From Candidatus Thorarchaeota archaeon (lineage in GTDB: Archaea; Asgardarchaeota; Thorarchaeia; Thorarchaeales; Thorarchaeaceae), in NCBI GenBank assembly GCA_016839445.1, contig JAEOUG010000165.1, forward strand, positions 1 to 20,792: 20,792 nucleotides of DNA. Direction: 5' to 3'. Below, piece after piece: positions 20,771 through 20,792 of this stretch. The translations under genes and the position numbers were made by a program. A model generated the notes under the pieces. That model saw only the letters and a list, made by a program, of their open reading frames with translations, had not been told where the DNA came from and did not search any database. The stretch's first letter is position 1. Every line of letters begins with the position of its first letter.

Positions 20771-20792
20771 CGAGGTAATCCCCTTTGCTGCC

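Overview
Gene-dense archaeal window of roughly 50% GC by eye. It is most likely from an Asgard archaeon, with Thorarchaeia a tentative guess; this is inferred from a Rab-like GTPase with a longin-like partner, a 24-aa LRR protein, archaeal IorAB/PDO and TATA-like promoters. Peptide and amino-acid catabolism genes: a 5'-truncated isoaspartyl peptidase/asparaginase, iorAB and tldD/pmbA. Two thiol-redox clusters are each associated with a ferritin-like gene: Trx-like + ferritin-like + atypical TrxR-like, and ferritin-like + Grx-like + TrxB + PDO. Two candidate undescribed systems stand out. The first is a tightly coupled four-gene operon encoding a Zn-ribbon protein, a longin-like protein, a ~15-TM membrane protein with an apparent 7+1+7 topology and a Rab-like GTPase. 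The second is a ~1720-aa type I membrane protein with an extracellular gingipain/caspase-fold (C25-like) protease and a ~600-aa cytoplasmic alpha-solenoid, preceded by an unannotated single-TM microprotein. No rRNA, tRNA, CRISPR array or mobile element was recognised. All family calls come from reading motifs by eye, not from database searches.
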